Shown here: piece after piece, positions 10,582 through 21,608 of the stretch
Numbering within the stretch: position 1 is the stretch's first letter
Layout: each line of letters begins with the position of its first letter
DNA from: Nitratiruptor sp.
GTDB lineage: Bacteria > Campylobacterota > Campylobacteria > Campylobacterales > Nitratiruptoraceae
NCBI GenBank assembly: GCA_015494535.1
Contig: WGBC01000084.1
Span: forward strand, 32,801-96,800
Length of the DNA stretch: 64,000 bases
Direction of reading: 5' to 3'
The notes under the pieces: model-generated
What the model saw: the letters and a program-made list of their open reading frames with translations, nothing else
What the model was told of the DNA's origin: nothing
Databases searched by the model: none
Made by a program: the position numbers and the translations under genes

Positions 10582-11314
10582 CTTCTATGCCGTTATTATT
10601 GGCACAGAGATTCTCAATGGTAGAAGGGAAGACAAACACTTCGCCTTCGTGCGAGACAAACTTCTTCAAAGAGGCTACAAACTCAAAGCCTCTTTCGTTA
10701 TAGAAGACGATCCAAAACTGATAGAAAATGTTTTTTCTCTTATAAAACAAGATCCCAATAGCGTGATGTTAAGTTTTGGCGGCATTGGCGCTACACCAGA
10801 CGATTATACCAGAGCGATTGCCGCCAAAGTCTTTGGCGATGGGCAACTGTATATGCATGAAGAAGCGAAAAAAAGAATACTCGAACGCTTCAAAGAGGCA
10901 GCCTACCCTCACCGTATCAACATGGCGATGCTGCCAAAAGATGCCAAGCTTTTACACAATCCCATCAACAACGTGCCTGGTTTCTATGTAGAAGATAGAT
11001 TCTTTTTTGTGCCAGGATTTCCTCAAATGTCACACCCCATGATAGAAGAGGCACTCAAGCTCTTTCCACCCAAAAAGCTTTATCGCTACACTATCTGCGT
11101 GGAGGCTAGCGAAAACGATCTACTAGATATTATGAAGCAGATCCCAAAAGATGTAGAGTTCTCATCACTGCCCGCAATCAAAGGCTCAAAATATAGGGAT
11201 ACCATCTCAATCGCCTCGGAAGATAAAGAGAAAGCCAAAAAGTGGATAGAGTTTTTTATAGATGAGGTAGAAAAGAGAGGATTTTATTACACCAAAGAGG
11301 ATGGATGCTTGTAG
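10559..11314 (+). CDS. CinA N-terminal-like molybdopterin-binding-fold protein (COG1058, putative pyrophosphatase)
   Basis: [20 protein letters not shown] and PGFP motifs; no PncC domain. Confidence 0.85.
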   Translation: MPKPTNPNFYAVIIGTEILNGRREDKHFAFVRDKLLQRGYKLKASFVIEDDPKLIENVFSLIKQDPNSVMLSFGGIGATPDDYTRAIAAKVFGDGQLYMHEEAKKRILERFKEAAYPHRINMAMLPKDAKLLHNPINNVPGFYVEDRFFFVPGFPQMSHPMIEEALKLFPPKKLYRYTICVEASENDLLDIMKQIPKDVEFSSLPAIKGSKYRDTISIASEDKEKAKKWIEFFIDEVEKRGFYYTKEDGCL

Positions 11315-11583
11315 TTTACGCCATCATTACCATCGAACTCCCTTTTGCATCCTCTCTCAAAGGCAGGCGAAAAATTCTCAACTCCATCAAGGATAGGCTC
11401 AAACACCAAAATATGGCAGTGGCAGATCTAAGCGGCGAATATCCAAAAGAGGCTACTTTGGCTCTTGTTTTTTTTGCAAAAAGCCAAAACGATGCCAACA
11501 ACAAAATCGCTAAAATAGATGAACTGCTCGCCAAACACTTTAGCGACATCTCGTATGACATAGAATACGAAATATTATCATAA
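11305..11583 (+). CDS. DUF503/YlxP family protein
   Basis: SLKGRRKILNSIKDRL matches the YlxP SLKEKR motif; 92 aa. Confidence 0.8.
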   Translation: MLVVYAIITIELPFASSLKGRRKILNSIKDRLKHQNMAVADLSGEYPKEATLALVFFAKSQNDANNKIAKIDELLAKHFSDISYDIEYEILS

Positions 11584-11610
11584 ATTATAACACTAATAAA
11601 TAGATTTTAT

Positions 11611-11655
11611 TTGACATCTCCCATAATTTGGTAGATAATAATGCAAATTTTTGCA
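11611..11655 (+). promoter_or_regulatory. Sigma70-type promoter TTGACA-N17-GATAAT with downstream palindrome TGCAAA-TT-TTTGCA
   Basis: TTGACA at 11611-11616, GATAAT at 11634-11639, inverted repeat at 11642-11655. Confidence 0.55.
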
Positions 11656-11666
11656 AAAGGATCGTT

Positions 11667-12197
11667 ATGGCTTATATTAACCTTCCAGAATTTGAAGAGA
11701 TGTCACCCTCTATCCAAGAGAAAGCTCGGCCAATTTTAGAAAAAACGGGCACGCTCGGTGAGATTTTCAAACTTTTGGCAATTGATGAGAATATCTACAA
11801 TGCTACAGATGTGATGGTGCAAAACTATTTACTTAAACAAACCCATCTGCCATACTACATAAAAGAGGCGATAGCTTTGCTTATATCCAAAGAAAATAGC
11901 TGCAAAATGTGCGTAGATGTACACAAAAATATCGCAAAAATGTTAGGACTTACCCAAGAACAAATTGAAGAGATTCTCCAAGGTGTTGAAGCGATGCATA
12001 CAGATGAAAAGACAAAAAAACTTTTGGAGTTTTGCATACGCGCTTCAAAAAAAGATAACTACAAAATGACAAAAGAGGATGTCGATGCCATTAAAGCATG
12101 TGGCTGGAGCGATGAGGAGATAGTGGAGGCCGTGGCAATCACTGGCTATTTCAACTATATCAATACGCTTTCTAACGTTTTTGGACTTGGAAAATAA
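11667..12197 (+). CDS. AhpD/carboxymuconolactone decarboxylase family peroxidase-related protein
   Basis: KEAIALLISKENSCKMCVDVH contains the CxxC AhpD core; also GWSDEEIVE; ATG at 11667 follows AAGGA. Confidence 0.85.
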   Translation: MAYINLPEFEEMSPSIQEKARPILEKTGTLGEIFKLLAIDENIYNATDVMVQNYLLKQTHLPYYIKEAIALLISKENSCKMCVDVHKNIAKMLGLTQEQIEEILQGVEAMHTDEKTKKLLEFCIRASKKDNYKMTKEDVDAIKACGWSDEEIVEAVAITGYFNYINTLSNVFGLGK

Positions 12198-12254
12198 ACT
12201 TTTTTCAATCAAACTTTTACTATAATAGGGCTAAAATTTTTTATAGGAGAGAGA

Positions 12255-12773
12255 ATGGATTTAAACAAAATTGGTCATGGAGAAAATCCAGATAAGGTAC
12301 ATGCCCTCATAGAGATCCCATATGGATCCAACATCAAGTACGAAATCGATAAAGATAGCGGTGCCATTTTTGTGGATCGCGTAATGTATAGTGCGATGTA
12401 TTATCCAGCAAACTACGGCTTTGTGCCAAATACGTTGGCTGCCGACGGGGATCCTGCGGATATTTTGGTGCTCAACGAATACCCACTCATCCCTGGCAGC
12501 GTGATTAAGTGTAGGCTCATTGGCGTACTTGTCATGGAGGATGAGAGCGGCATGGATGAAAAGCTTCTTGCCGTGCCTGTATCGAAAGTGGATCCAACAT
12601 ACGAAAACGTCAAAGACATCAACGATCTTCCAGCCCACACGCTTGATAAAATCAAAAACTTCTTTGAAACATACAAGATCCTAGAACCAAATAAATGGGT
12701 AAAAGTCAAAGAGTATAAAGGCAAAGAGGAAGCCGCTAAAATCTTGGAAGAAGCTATCAAAAACTACAAATAG
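12255..12773 (+). CDS. ppa: Inorganic pyrophosphatase (family I)
   Basis: KYEIDK, YPANYGFVP, DGDPAD and FFETYK motifs. Confidence 0.97.
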   Translation: MDLNKIGHGENPDKVHALIEIPYGSNIKYEIDKDSGAIFVDRVMYSAMYYPANYGFVPNTLAADGDPADILVLNEYPLIPGSVIKCRLIGVLVMEDESGMDEKLLAVPVSKVDPTYENVKDINDLPAHTLDKIKNFFETYKILEPNKWVKVKEYKGKEEAAKILEEAIKNYK

Positions 12774-12790
12774 ATCCCTTTGGGATCTAT
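12770..12790. terminator. Bidirectional hairpin between convergent ppa and amiA
   Basis: ATAGATCCC-TTT-GGGATCTAT, a perfect 9-bp inverted repeat overlapping both gene ends. Confidence 0.65.
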
Positions 12791-14142
12791 TATTCGTTGT
12801 TCAGAAAATAGCTGGCAATTCCCACTGCGATACCTTCAGCTATGAGTTCTTGATAGTATGGACTACTCAGTCTTTTCGCTTCTGTAGGATTGGTAATATA
12901 ACCAACCTCTATTAACACAGCCGGCATCTGCGCTCCCACAAGCACCCAAAAAGGACCAGGTCTTACACCACCATCCACTACACTGTAGCGCTGGCGAATT
13001 TTGTACAAGACGTTCCTATGGATATCAATTGCGAGTTTGTTTGATTGGATCGTTTTTTCTCTGTTTATGAAATTCAAAAAGACATTTTTGCTGTAGTAGC
13101 TAAGATGCTTCATAGCCACCCTATTTTCCAAAGCGGCTATCCTCTTGGCACGCTCACTCCTAGCAGGCGAGAGAAAAAAGGTCTCAAGCCCTTTCATACT
13201 CAAATATTTGCTTTTTTTTGGAGCCGCGTTTGCATGGATAGAAATGAAAAGATTTGCCTTGAGCTTATTGGCAAATTTCGTGCGATTTCTTAGTGATATA
13301 AAATAATCACCTCGTCTCGTCAGATAGACTTTATAGCCTTGGGCTTTAAGCTTTTTATACACCCTTTTTGCAATCTGCAAAACGATATCTTTCTCTTTTT
13401 TTCTCTTATACCCCACTGCCCCGCTATCTTTTCCCCCGTGCCCCGGATCGATGACAATCACCTTTTTGGAGTTTTTGATGACAGGTGGGACATATAGGCT
13501 TTTTGTGGAACTCTTTTTAGAACCTTTTTTCAGATATATTACAAGTTTTTCGGCCACTATCTTGTAGGAAGTGGCAAATGGTTTGGTATGTTCAAAGACG
13601 ATACGTACTTGCTTTTTATTGTATTGAGCGATTTTGAGATATTTAACGCTTTTGAGCCTGTAAGTACGCCGTTTGAAACCTAGCGTAGCGTCGATATCGT
13701 ATATATCTTTGTAGATTCTCTTGTTCTTGTATGCAAGCTGCGAATAGTGGATAGCGCTCTTTTGCAAAGGAAAGTCGAAGTAGAACTCCACATAGCCTTT
13801 GCGCAAAATCACCTTTTTGAGCCTATTTTTGACAATTTTTGGCTTTTGGAAGCTCTTTTTTTCTACATGCTTTTTGGGTTTTGTGCGCGCTTTTTTGCCC
13901 AGGAGCGTATCGAGCTCTTTTTGGTACTCTTTGCTATCGATGCGAAGCAGTTTTGAGCACTTTATCAGTCCTTGCAGCGCCTTTATTTTCAGGACTTTAT
14001 CTTCGTTGATCAAAGATTTGATATAGAGGGATTTGAAGCTATTGAGCCCTTTGATGTTTTTGTCGTGATCTTTGAAAGAACAATAGTATTGCGCGACCTG
14101 CAGCTGCTTCGTCACCGAGGCACTGAGCGAAAGGATGAACAA
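12790..14142 (-). CDS. amiA: N-acetylmuramoyl-L-alanine amidase (Amidase_3); true start may lie at 14166-14169
   Basis: IDPGHGGKDSGA, FISIHANA and AVLIEVGY motifs; basic N-terminal/AMIN-like region. Confidence 0.93.
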   Translation of the reverse strand: MFILSLSASVTKQLQVAQYYCSFKDHDKNIKGLNSFKSLYIKSLINEDKVLKIKALQGLIKCSKLLRIDSKEYQKELDTLLGKKARTKPKKHVEKKSFQKPKIVKNRLKKVILRKGYVEFYFDFPLQKSAIHYSQLAYKNKRIYKDIYDIDATLGFKRRTYRLKSVKYLKIAQYNKKQVRIVFEHTKPFATSYKIVAEKLVIYLKKGSKKSSTKSLYVPPVIKNSKKVIVIDPGHGGKDSGAVGYKRKKEKDIVLQIAKRVYKKLKAQGYKVYLTRRGDYFISLRNRTKFANKLKANLFISIHANAAPKKSKYLSMKGLETFFLSPARSERAKRIAALENRVAMKHLSYYSKNVFLNFINREKTIQSNKLAIDIHRNVLYKIRQRYSVVDGGVRPGPFWVLVGAQMPAVLIEVGYITNPTEAKRLSSPYYQELIAEGIAVGIASYFLNNE

Positions 14143-14168
14143 AGTAAGAAATATAAAAATCCTGATAA

Positions 14169-15260
14169 CTACTCTCCCTCGATCAGTTTTTGTATAAGCT
14201 CTTTGACACTAATGATTTCATTTAGGCGATAACCGTTCGCCCCGCTAAAATAGAGCCCAAGCTCCTCATCACCCCTATATGCATCGCTGAGCCTATCGGC
14301 AATACAGTACCCTACAGCTTTGGCCTCCACGCCTCTATGGCACGGAGCTACGCAGTTGCTGATACATTTGATTGCCGGGCCTTCTCGCTTTTCCACAAGT
14401 TCGATGAGCTTGGTCTTGACTCCTCTAGCAGGATAGCCCACAGGCGATTTCATCAAAATAATATCCTCTTTTTTGGCCTGAAGCAGAATCTTTTTGAATG
14501 TATCGCTCGCGTCACACTCATATGTACCGATAAATCTGGTGCCTATTTGCACCCCTGCAGCCCCTAAATCCAAAAATTTCTTGATATCGTTATGATCCCA
14601 AATCCCTCCTGCAGCAATGACTGGAATATCACCCCATTTTTGCGCTTCTTCGATAACTTGCGGGACAATGTTTTCTAGCTGAAACTCCTCCATGAAGCAC
14701 TGCTCATACGTAAAGCCTTGGTGTCCACCACTCAAAGGCCCCTCCACTATTACCGCATCAGGGATTCTTTTGTAGCGGCTAGTCCAGCGTTTGCAAATGA
14801 TTTTTAAAGCCTTTGCACTCGATACTATAGGCACGAGGGCAACATCGGGGAAGTCCTTGGTAAATTCTGGCATATTTGTAGGAAGCCCGGCTCCCGTGAT
14901 GATGATATTAGCCCCAGCTTCGCAAGAGTCGCGCACCACTCTACCATAGTCGTTGATAGCATAAAGCACGTTTGCACCGAGCGGGGCATCACCGCAAATC
15001 TTGCGAGCATTTTCAAAGATTTTGAAAAGCGCTCTTTTTGAGTAGAAATTGGCAGTCTCTAAAGGCCTGCCGGCTACCTCTTTTTCTATATATTTTTTGT
15101 TCTCGTAATATCCGGTTCCAACGGAGCTAATAACGCCAAGCCCACCCTCTTTGCTCACGCTTCCAGCTAGTTTGTCCCAACTGATTCCAACTCCCATCCC
15201 TCCTTGGATGATGGGGTGTTTTATGGTGTATTTTCCAATTTTTAGCGGTGCAAAAGACAT
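14169..15260 (-). CDS. Nitronate monooxygenase/FabK-like flavoprotein (FabX-like)
   Basis: PIIQGGMG, GPLSGGHQG, AAGGI and GTRF motifs; C-terminal CxxxCxxxC...C cluster motif. Confidence 0.85.
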   Translation of the reverse strand: MSFAPLKIGKYTIKHPIIQGGMGVGISWDKLAGSVSKEGGLGVISSVGTGYYENKKYIEKEVAGRPLETANFYSKRALFKIFENARKICGDAPLGANVLYAINDYGRVVRDSCEAGANIIITGAGLPTNMPEFTKDFPDVALVPIVSSAKALKIICKRWTSRYKRIPDAVIVEGPLSGGHQGFTYEQCFMEEFQLENIVPQVIEEAQKWGDIPVIAAGGIWDHNDIKKFLDLGAAGVQIGTRFIGTYECDASDTFKKILLQAKKEDIILMKSPVGYPARGVKTKLIELVEKREGPAIKCISNCVAPCHRGVEAKAVGYCIADRLSDAYRGDEELGLYFSGANGYRLNEIISVKELIQKLIEGE

Positions 15261-16459
15261 TATAGAACCTTTAATTTGGCAAATTTTCGCTTCCCTACCT
15301 GCGCGACGTACTCACCACTTTGTAGTTGCAAATCTTTATCCTGAACCTTTTGCTGATTGATACGCACAGCTCCCGCTTGGATATCGCGCCTAGCTTGGGA
15401 AGTGGATGGTTCAAGTCCGGCTTCCACCAGTGCTTTGGCTATCCAGATAGGGCCTTGTAGCGTAATTTGTGGCATATCGCTTGGAAGTTCGTTCTTTTTG
15501 TGCACCTTATCGAACTCCTCTTTCGCCCTCTTCGCCGCCTCATCGTTGTGATATCTAGCCACAATCTCCATGGCCAAAAGCTCTTTTGCAAATTTTGGAT
15601 GCACTTCGCCCTTGGCTACGCCCTCTTTGAGAGCGGCGATCTCATCGAGGCTCTTTGCGCTAAGGAGCTCGTAGTAGCGCCACATCAGCTCATCAGAAAT
15701 ACTCATCACCTTTGCAAACATCGTATTGGGATCTTCCGTCACACCGATATAATTGCCCAAAGACTTGCTCATCTTCTGCACGCCATCAAGCCCCTCCAAT
15801 ATCGGCATCATCAAAACCGCCTGTTCTTTACCGATGCCATAACTTCTTTGCAGATGGCGTCCCATGAGAAGGTTGAACTTCTGATCAGTCCCACCTATCT
15901 CTATATCGCTCTTGAGATAGACGCTGTCATAGCCTTGCAACAGAGGATAGATGAATTCGCTGATTGCTATCGGCTTGTTCGCCTTGAAGCGCTTCTCAAA
16001 ATCATCCCTCTCTAGCATCCTCGCCACGCTAAAAAGGGTCGTAAGCTCAACAAGCCCACTAGCTCCCAAGGCATCTAGCCATTTGGAATTGAACACAACT
16101 TCCGTCTTGGCGGGATCCAAGACTTTGAAAACCTGTTCTTTGTAGCTTGTGGCGTTTTTGAGCACAGTCTCACGATCCAGCTTCTTTCTCGTTTCACTCT
16201 TTCCTGTAGGATCGCCTATCATTGCTGTAAAATCGCCAATGATGAACTGCACAATACCACCATATTTTTGAAAAGTTGCCAACTTTTGCAAAAGCACGGT
16301 ATGGCCTAAGTGCAGATCGGGAGCTGTGGGATCGAACCCCGCTTTGACATAGTAGTTTTTGCCTTCGTTAAAATATGCTTGTAAGAGTTCTTCTATACGC
16401 TCTTCATCTATGATTTCCGCTGTTCCTCTTTTGATTTCAGCCAACGCTTCTTGAATCAT
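15260..16459 (-). CDS. tyrS: Tyrosyl-tRNA synthetase
   Basis: GFDPTAPDLHLGH, KMSKS and a C-terminal S4 domain; ATG at 16459 follows AGGAG. Confidence 0.97.
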   Translation of the reverse strand: MIQEALAEIKRGTAEIIDEERIEELLQAYFNEGKNYYVKAGFDPTAPDLHLGHTVLLQKLATFQKYGGIVQFIIGDFTAMIGDPTGKSETRKKLDRETVLKNATSYKEQVFKVLDPAKTEVVFNSKWLDALGASGLVELTTLFSVARMLERDDFEKRFKANKPIAISEFIYPLLQGYDSVYLKSDIEIGGTDQKFNLLMGRHLQRSYGIGKEQAVLMMPILEGLDGVQKMSKSLGNYIGVTEDPNTMFAKVMSISDELMWRYYELLSAKSLDEIAALKEGVAKGEVHPKFAKELLAMEIVARYHNDEAAKRAKEEFDKVHKKNELPSDMPQITLQGPIWIAKALVEAGLEPSTSQARRDIQAGAVRINQQKVQDKDLQLQSGEYVAQVGKRKFAKLKVL

Positions 16460-16467
16460 CAACACTC

Positions 16468-18612
16468 CTATTTGTTATACGCATCGCTAGATTTTATAAA
16501 TTCTATAATTTTAACTTTTGAAGCTATTTTTTTCCTTAAAACCTCGATATCCTCTATCACAGATTCAAACTCCATCTCGCAAAGGTTGGTCTGCTCCACG
16601 TTTTTGCCTAGTTCGATGGAGATAATATTTATATCAATTTTTGATAAATATTGCAAAAAGTTGGCTAGCGCACCCTTGCGATCAGGCAAAAGCGCAATGA
16701 GCTTGAATCGTGGCAGGCTATCTTTTTGCCATTCCACATAGAGCATCGGTTTGCCCTCATCAATGAGATGCTGAGCTACATGGCACATCTTGTGGTGGAC
16801 TATCGCTTTGTGCCCATCCCTGAAGGCTACTATCTCATCGCCCCTTTTTGGATGGCAGCAATAGTCAAACTCCGCTTTGGTAATTGCGTAGCTTGTATAG
16901 AATACGAAATTTTCGATCTCTTTTTTCTCCAACTTTACGCTTTTTGGCGCAAGAAGGTAGAGTACCCCTTTTTCTTTGCGGTATTCGCTAAGGTATCTAT
17001 TTTTGACCTCTTGGAGGTAGTTTATCTCCGTAGCGATTCGGTGCAGCTGGGAAGCGAGATTTCTCTTTGCAATCCACTCCTTTATCTCCTCATAAGAGAC
17101 GCGAAGCTCGCTTGCAAGGATGTTGATCGCCGTTTTTGCATTGATCTCTTTGAATTTTTGGCGACAAAGCTGGCGCATCTGCTCTTTCGCTTTGGAGGTT
17201 TTGACCGCATCTATCCAACTACAGCGCAAAATCGGCTCATCGGCTAGTTCTATTCGCACAATATCGCCATTTTTGAGTTCCGTTAGAAGGGTGCTTTTTT
17301 GCTTGTTGATAAAAGCTGTTTTTGCCTTGTTGCCAATATCAGTATGCACGGCATAGGCAAAATCGAGAGCCACAGCACCTCGCGGCAGAGTGAAAACGTC
17401 GCCCTTTGGAGAGAATACCGAGATATCTTCGCTGAAGAGATCATTTTTGACAAGCTCGTAAAACTCCTCTATGTTTTCGTTTTGATATTGCAAATTTTGC
17501 AACCATGCAAGATTGACCCCCACATCTCCTATCTTGTACTTCCAGTGGGCAGCTACGCCATACTCTGCGGTTCTATGCATATCGAAGGTGCGAATCTGCA
17601 CCTCAAATATGGAGGCATTATCAAATACCGTCGTATGTATCGTCTGGTAGCCATTCTCCTTGGGCACAGCGATGTAGTCTTTGAAGCGCATGATAAGAGG
17701 CTTGAAGTTAGTATGGATGATGCCAAGGACTTTGTAGCAATCCAGCTTTTCCTTCACCAAAATCCTGATGGCCAGAAGATCCAACACTTCTTCGATGGAG
17801 ATACCCTTGCGCTGCATTTTGAGATATATCGAATAGTAGTGCTTGATACGTGAAATAATCTCAAAATCGTCAGCCCTTATGCCGTTTTGGACTATCTTTT
17901 TCTTGACGGTATCGATGAACTCGTTAAGCTTCATCTGCAGTTCAAGCTTGTGGGAGGTAATGAATGCATCGATCTTTTGATACTCTTGGGGGAATAGATA
18001 GTAAAAGCTCAGATCCTCCAAAAAATTCTTAATAGACGCGATCCCCAAACGGTGCGCTATTGGAGCATAGACCACAAGCGTCTCTTCGGCAATGCGTTTT
18101 CGTTTTTTCGCAGGCAGCGCGTCGAGAGTGAGCATATTGTGCAATCTATCGCAGAGTTTGACGATGAGGACTCGCACGTCCTTAATGGAGGCAATGAGCA
18201 TCTTGCGAAAGCTCAAGGCCGAGGTAATGAGCTTTTCATTCGAAGTTGAAGGAATGAGCTCTTCGCTTCTTATCTCCACGATTTTCGTTAACCCCTCCAC
18301 CAGATTGGCCACATCCTCGCCGAAGCGACTTTTGATATCCTCGATAGTATAAGGCGTATCCTCCACCACATCGTGCAAAAGCGCTGCAATGACCATCGTC
18401 TCATCATTTGTAACGTACCCTGTGATTGCCGCTACCAAGATAGGATGTATCACATAAGGCTCACCGCTTTTTCTCTTCTGGCCCTCGTGGGCCTGCATGG
18501 CGAAGGACAAAGCCTCCTGAATGCGCTCGTTTTTTGGACAGATGCTAAATAGAAGATTGGTAGCTTCTTCGAGGGTTTTTGTGGAGCGTATCTTTTCTAT
18601 TAACTCTTTCAT
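16468..18612 (-). CDS. spoT: Bifunctional (p)ppGpp synthetase/hydrolase
   Basis: HDVVED hydrolase motif, KENGYQTIHT, EVQIRT, AAHWKYK, TGS and ACT domains. Confidence 0.96.
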   Translation of the reverse strand: MKELIEKIRSTKTLEEATNLLFSICPKNERIQEALSFAMQAHEGQKRKSGEPYVIHPILVAAITGYVTNDETMVIAALLHDVVEDTPYTIEDIKSRFGEDVANLVEGLTKIVEIRSEELIPSTSNEKLITSALSFRKMLIASIKDVRVLIVKLCDRLHNMLTLDALPAKKRKRIAEETLVVYAPIAHRLGIASIKNFLEDLSFYYLFPQEYQKIDAFITSHKLELQMKLNEFIDTVKKKIVQNGIRADDFEIISRIKHYYSIYLKMQRKGISIEEVLDLLAIRILVKEKLDCYKVLGIIHTNFKPLIMRFKDYIAVPKENGYQTIHTTVFDNASIFEVQIRTFDMHRTAEYGVAAHWKYKIGDVGVNLAWLQNLQYQNENIEEFYELVKNDLFSEDISVFSPKGDVFTLPRGAVALDFAYAVHTDIGNKAKTAFINKQKSTLLTELKNGDIVRIELADEPILRCSWIDAVKTSKAKEQMRQLCRQKFKEINAKTAINILASELRVSYEEIKEWIAKRNLASQLHRIATEINYLQEVKNRYLSEYRKEKGVLYLLAPKSVKLEKKEIENFVFYTSYAITKAEFDYCCHPKRGDEIVAFRDGHKAIVHHKMCHVAQHLIDEGKPMLYVEWQKDSLPRFKLIALLPDRKGALANFLQYLSKIDINIISIELGKNVEQTNLCEMEFESVIEDIEVLRKKIASKVKIIEFIKSSDAYNK

Positions 18613-19562
<950 letters not shown>

Positions 19563-19614
19563 CTAAAAAGTTTGCCAATTCTACCCAAAAATAGATAATA
19601 AAAGCCTAAAAAAA

Positions 19615-20787
19615 TCAATTAACGCGGATGAGATCGAGAGGATTGATGTGGGCGTTGTTCTTGGTCACTTCAAAGATAAGTTTGGAGCTCACTCTGCCAA
19701 TCGTGTAGCCTTTTTTTATTCTTCTGCCCTTTTTGATAAAAGGCGCGATTTTGTCAAGATATGCATATATAGTGTAGAGATTGTTGTTGTGCTTGATGAT
19801 GACCACATTTTTCAGGTGTGGCGTCCATTTTGCCAGTACTACCTTGCCATTGAGGACGTTGCGCACTTTCGCATTGGGAACGAGAGGTTTGAGCTCGATA
19901 TTTTCATTCGGGATCTCGATATTGTAAATAGGATCTTTATAGACCCCATAGCGTTTGATAATGATGAATTTATCCAGTGGAGGGATAGTTTTGGCTCCCT
20001 TGTAGCGAACCGTTCTGATTCGTTTGTAGCTCTTTTGCCCATATTTCTTCACTCTCATTTTGGAAGAGGCAGTTGCACTTTTTTGCGATTGCTGCAAGAT
20101 TTTGAGCTTTTGCAAGGTTTTCGTGAGTGAGGCTTGCTGTTGTTGGAGTTTTTGCATTTCCGTTTTGTAACGTTTTTGCTTCTTGTCAAGTTTCGCCAAT
20201 TTTTTGGATTTTATGAGTTTGAGCCTTTTAAGTTCGCTCTTGTTGCGCAAAAGCTCCTCTATCTCCTTTTCAAGTTTCGCTAGTTTGGTCTTATTGTTCT
20301 GAAGTGCCTTTTTGGTATTCGCATACTCCTTGCCCACCTTTTGCAATGTAGTATCTGCACTTTTTTGAATGGCTTTGAGGATCTCCTCTTTGAGCACATC
20401 CTCCTCAGTTGGTGTGTTCATGGAAGTGAGGAGCAAGGACTTGGCGAATGCGTTGGAGATGAGCAGTACCAGGCGCTGCTTGAGTTTCTTTTCTTGCTCC
20501 GTAAGCGTGTTAATACTCTTCTTCGTGCCTTCATACTCTTGGATTTTCTGTTTGTATTGTTCGTTTGCTTCTTTAAGCAGCATGTCGAGCTTGGAGAGTT
20601 TTTCGTTGATTCTTTGCAACTCTTTTTGCAACGAGCGGATTTCTCTTGCCAGGTTGGTGAGCTTGACATTGAGGCCTTCCACCTTCTTGGTGGTGTACTG
20701 CAGTCTCTTTTGCGAACTCTTTATCTGCGACTCTATGCTCGCATATAGCATGACAACGAACATCAAAAACACAATAAAACTTCTCAT
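19615..20787 (-). CDS. envC: Murein hydrolase activator EnvC-like (coiled coil plus degenerate M23)
   Basis: Signal peptide, long coiled coil, LytM-like C-terminus lacking Zn ligands; follows ftsX. Confidence 0.8.
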   Translation of the reverse strand: MRSFIVFLMFVVMLYASIESQIKSSQKRLQYTTKKVEGLNVKLTNLAREIRSLQKELQRINEKLSKLDMLLKEANEQYKQKIQEYEGTKKSINTLTEQEKKLKQRLVLLISNAFAKSLLLTSMNTPTEEDVLKEEILKAIQKSADTTLQKVGKEYANTKKALQNNKTKLAKLEKEIEELLRNKSELKRLKLIKSKKLAKLDKKQKRYKTEMQKLQQQQASLTKTLQKLKILQQSQKSATASSKMRVKKYGQKSYKRIRTVRYKGAKTIPPLDKFIIIKRYGVYKDPIYNIEIPNENIELKPLVPNAKVRNVLNGKVVLAKWTPHLKNVVIIKHNNNLYTIYAYLDKIAPFIKKGRRIKKGYTIGRVSSKLIFEVTKNNAHINPLDLIRVN

Positions 20788-21608
20788 GCTACTTTGGGCT
20801 GCCTCATAGATACGATTATTACGTTGAATACAGAAATTATCAGACCAAGAGCAAAAAGCCAGAGCGCATCTTTGAAGAGATCGCTCGAAGTAAAACCGAT
20901 ACTCTCCACGCCCAAAAGTTTTGTCAAATAACCAGAGCCAACCACATAGCTATAAAGCAGATAGACAAGAAGGGTGCTGACGATGGTATCGATGACGGAT
21001 AGTTTTATCAAGATGGCGTTACGCATCCATAAAGGTGCACCAAAAAGCGCCATAATATACATCCTCTCGCTATGCTCAAGATTCCAAATCTCTATCTGTT
21101 TGAAGACAAGCATCACGCTCGTGATAAAAATGATTGCCAAAAAAAGCTTGGAGATATTTTTCAAAAAAAGCAAAAAGCGGTAAATTTTCTCATGTACTTT
21201 TGTAAAAGCTTCTACTCTTTTGACCCCTTCTATTTCCACAAGCTTGTTGCGAAGGGATGCAAGCTTTTGCGAAGAGGGAAAAGAGCTGAGATAGACTTTG
21301 TAGAATTTGGGCAAAAAGTTTTTAAGCTCGTTGAAATCCACTTTTATGCCGTTTTTCTTTAGCCTTTCGATAACGAGGGTGCTGTTGAGCTCTTGTAGCT
21401 GCGCGATATCGGGTTCATGCACCTTGATCTCTTGCAAAGTTAGCTCTTTATTGGCCACGACCACGATAGAGTAGTCACGATTCAACCGACTCTCATAATC
21501 TTTGATGATGGCGTTGATTACAAAATAGAATTCCACTGCGAAAAGAATCGCAAAGAGCGGAATGATAAGCGAAACATGGTTTTTAAGAGATCTCATAAAC
21601 TTTACCAT
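20784..21608 (-). CDS. ftsX: Cell division permease FtsX
   Basis: Four-TM pattern, IMALFGA motif, adjacent to ftsE. Confidence 0.85.
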   Translation of the reverse strand: MVKFMRSLKNHVSLIIPLFAILFAVEFYFVINAIIKDYESRLNRDYSIVVVANKELTLQEIKVHEPDIAQLQELNSTLVIERLKKNGIKVDFNELKNFLPKFYKVYLSSFPSSQKLASLRNKLVEIEGVKRVEAFTKVHEKIYRFLLFLKNISKLFLAIIFITSVMLVFKQIEIWNLEHSERMYIMALFGAPLWMRNAILIKLSVIDTIVSTLLVYLLYSYVVGSGYLTKLLGVESIGFTSSDLFKDALWLFALGLIISVFNVIIVSMRQPKVA

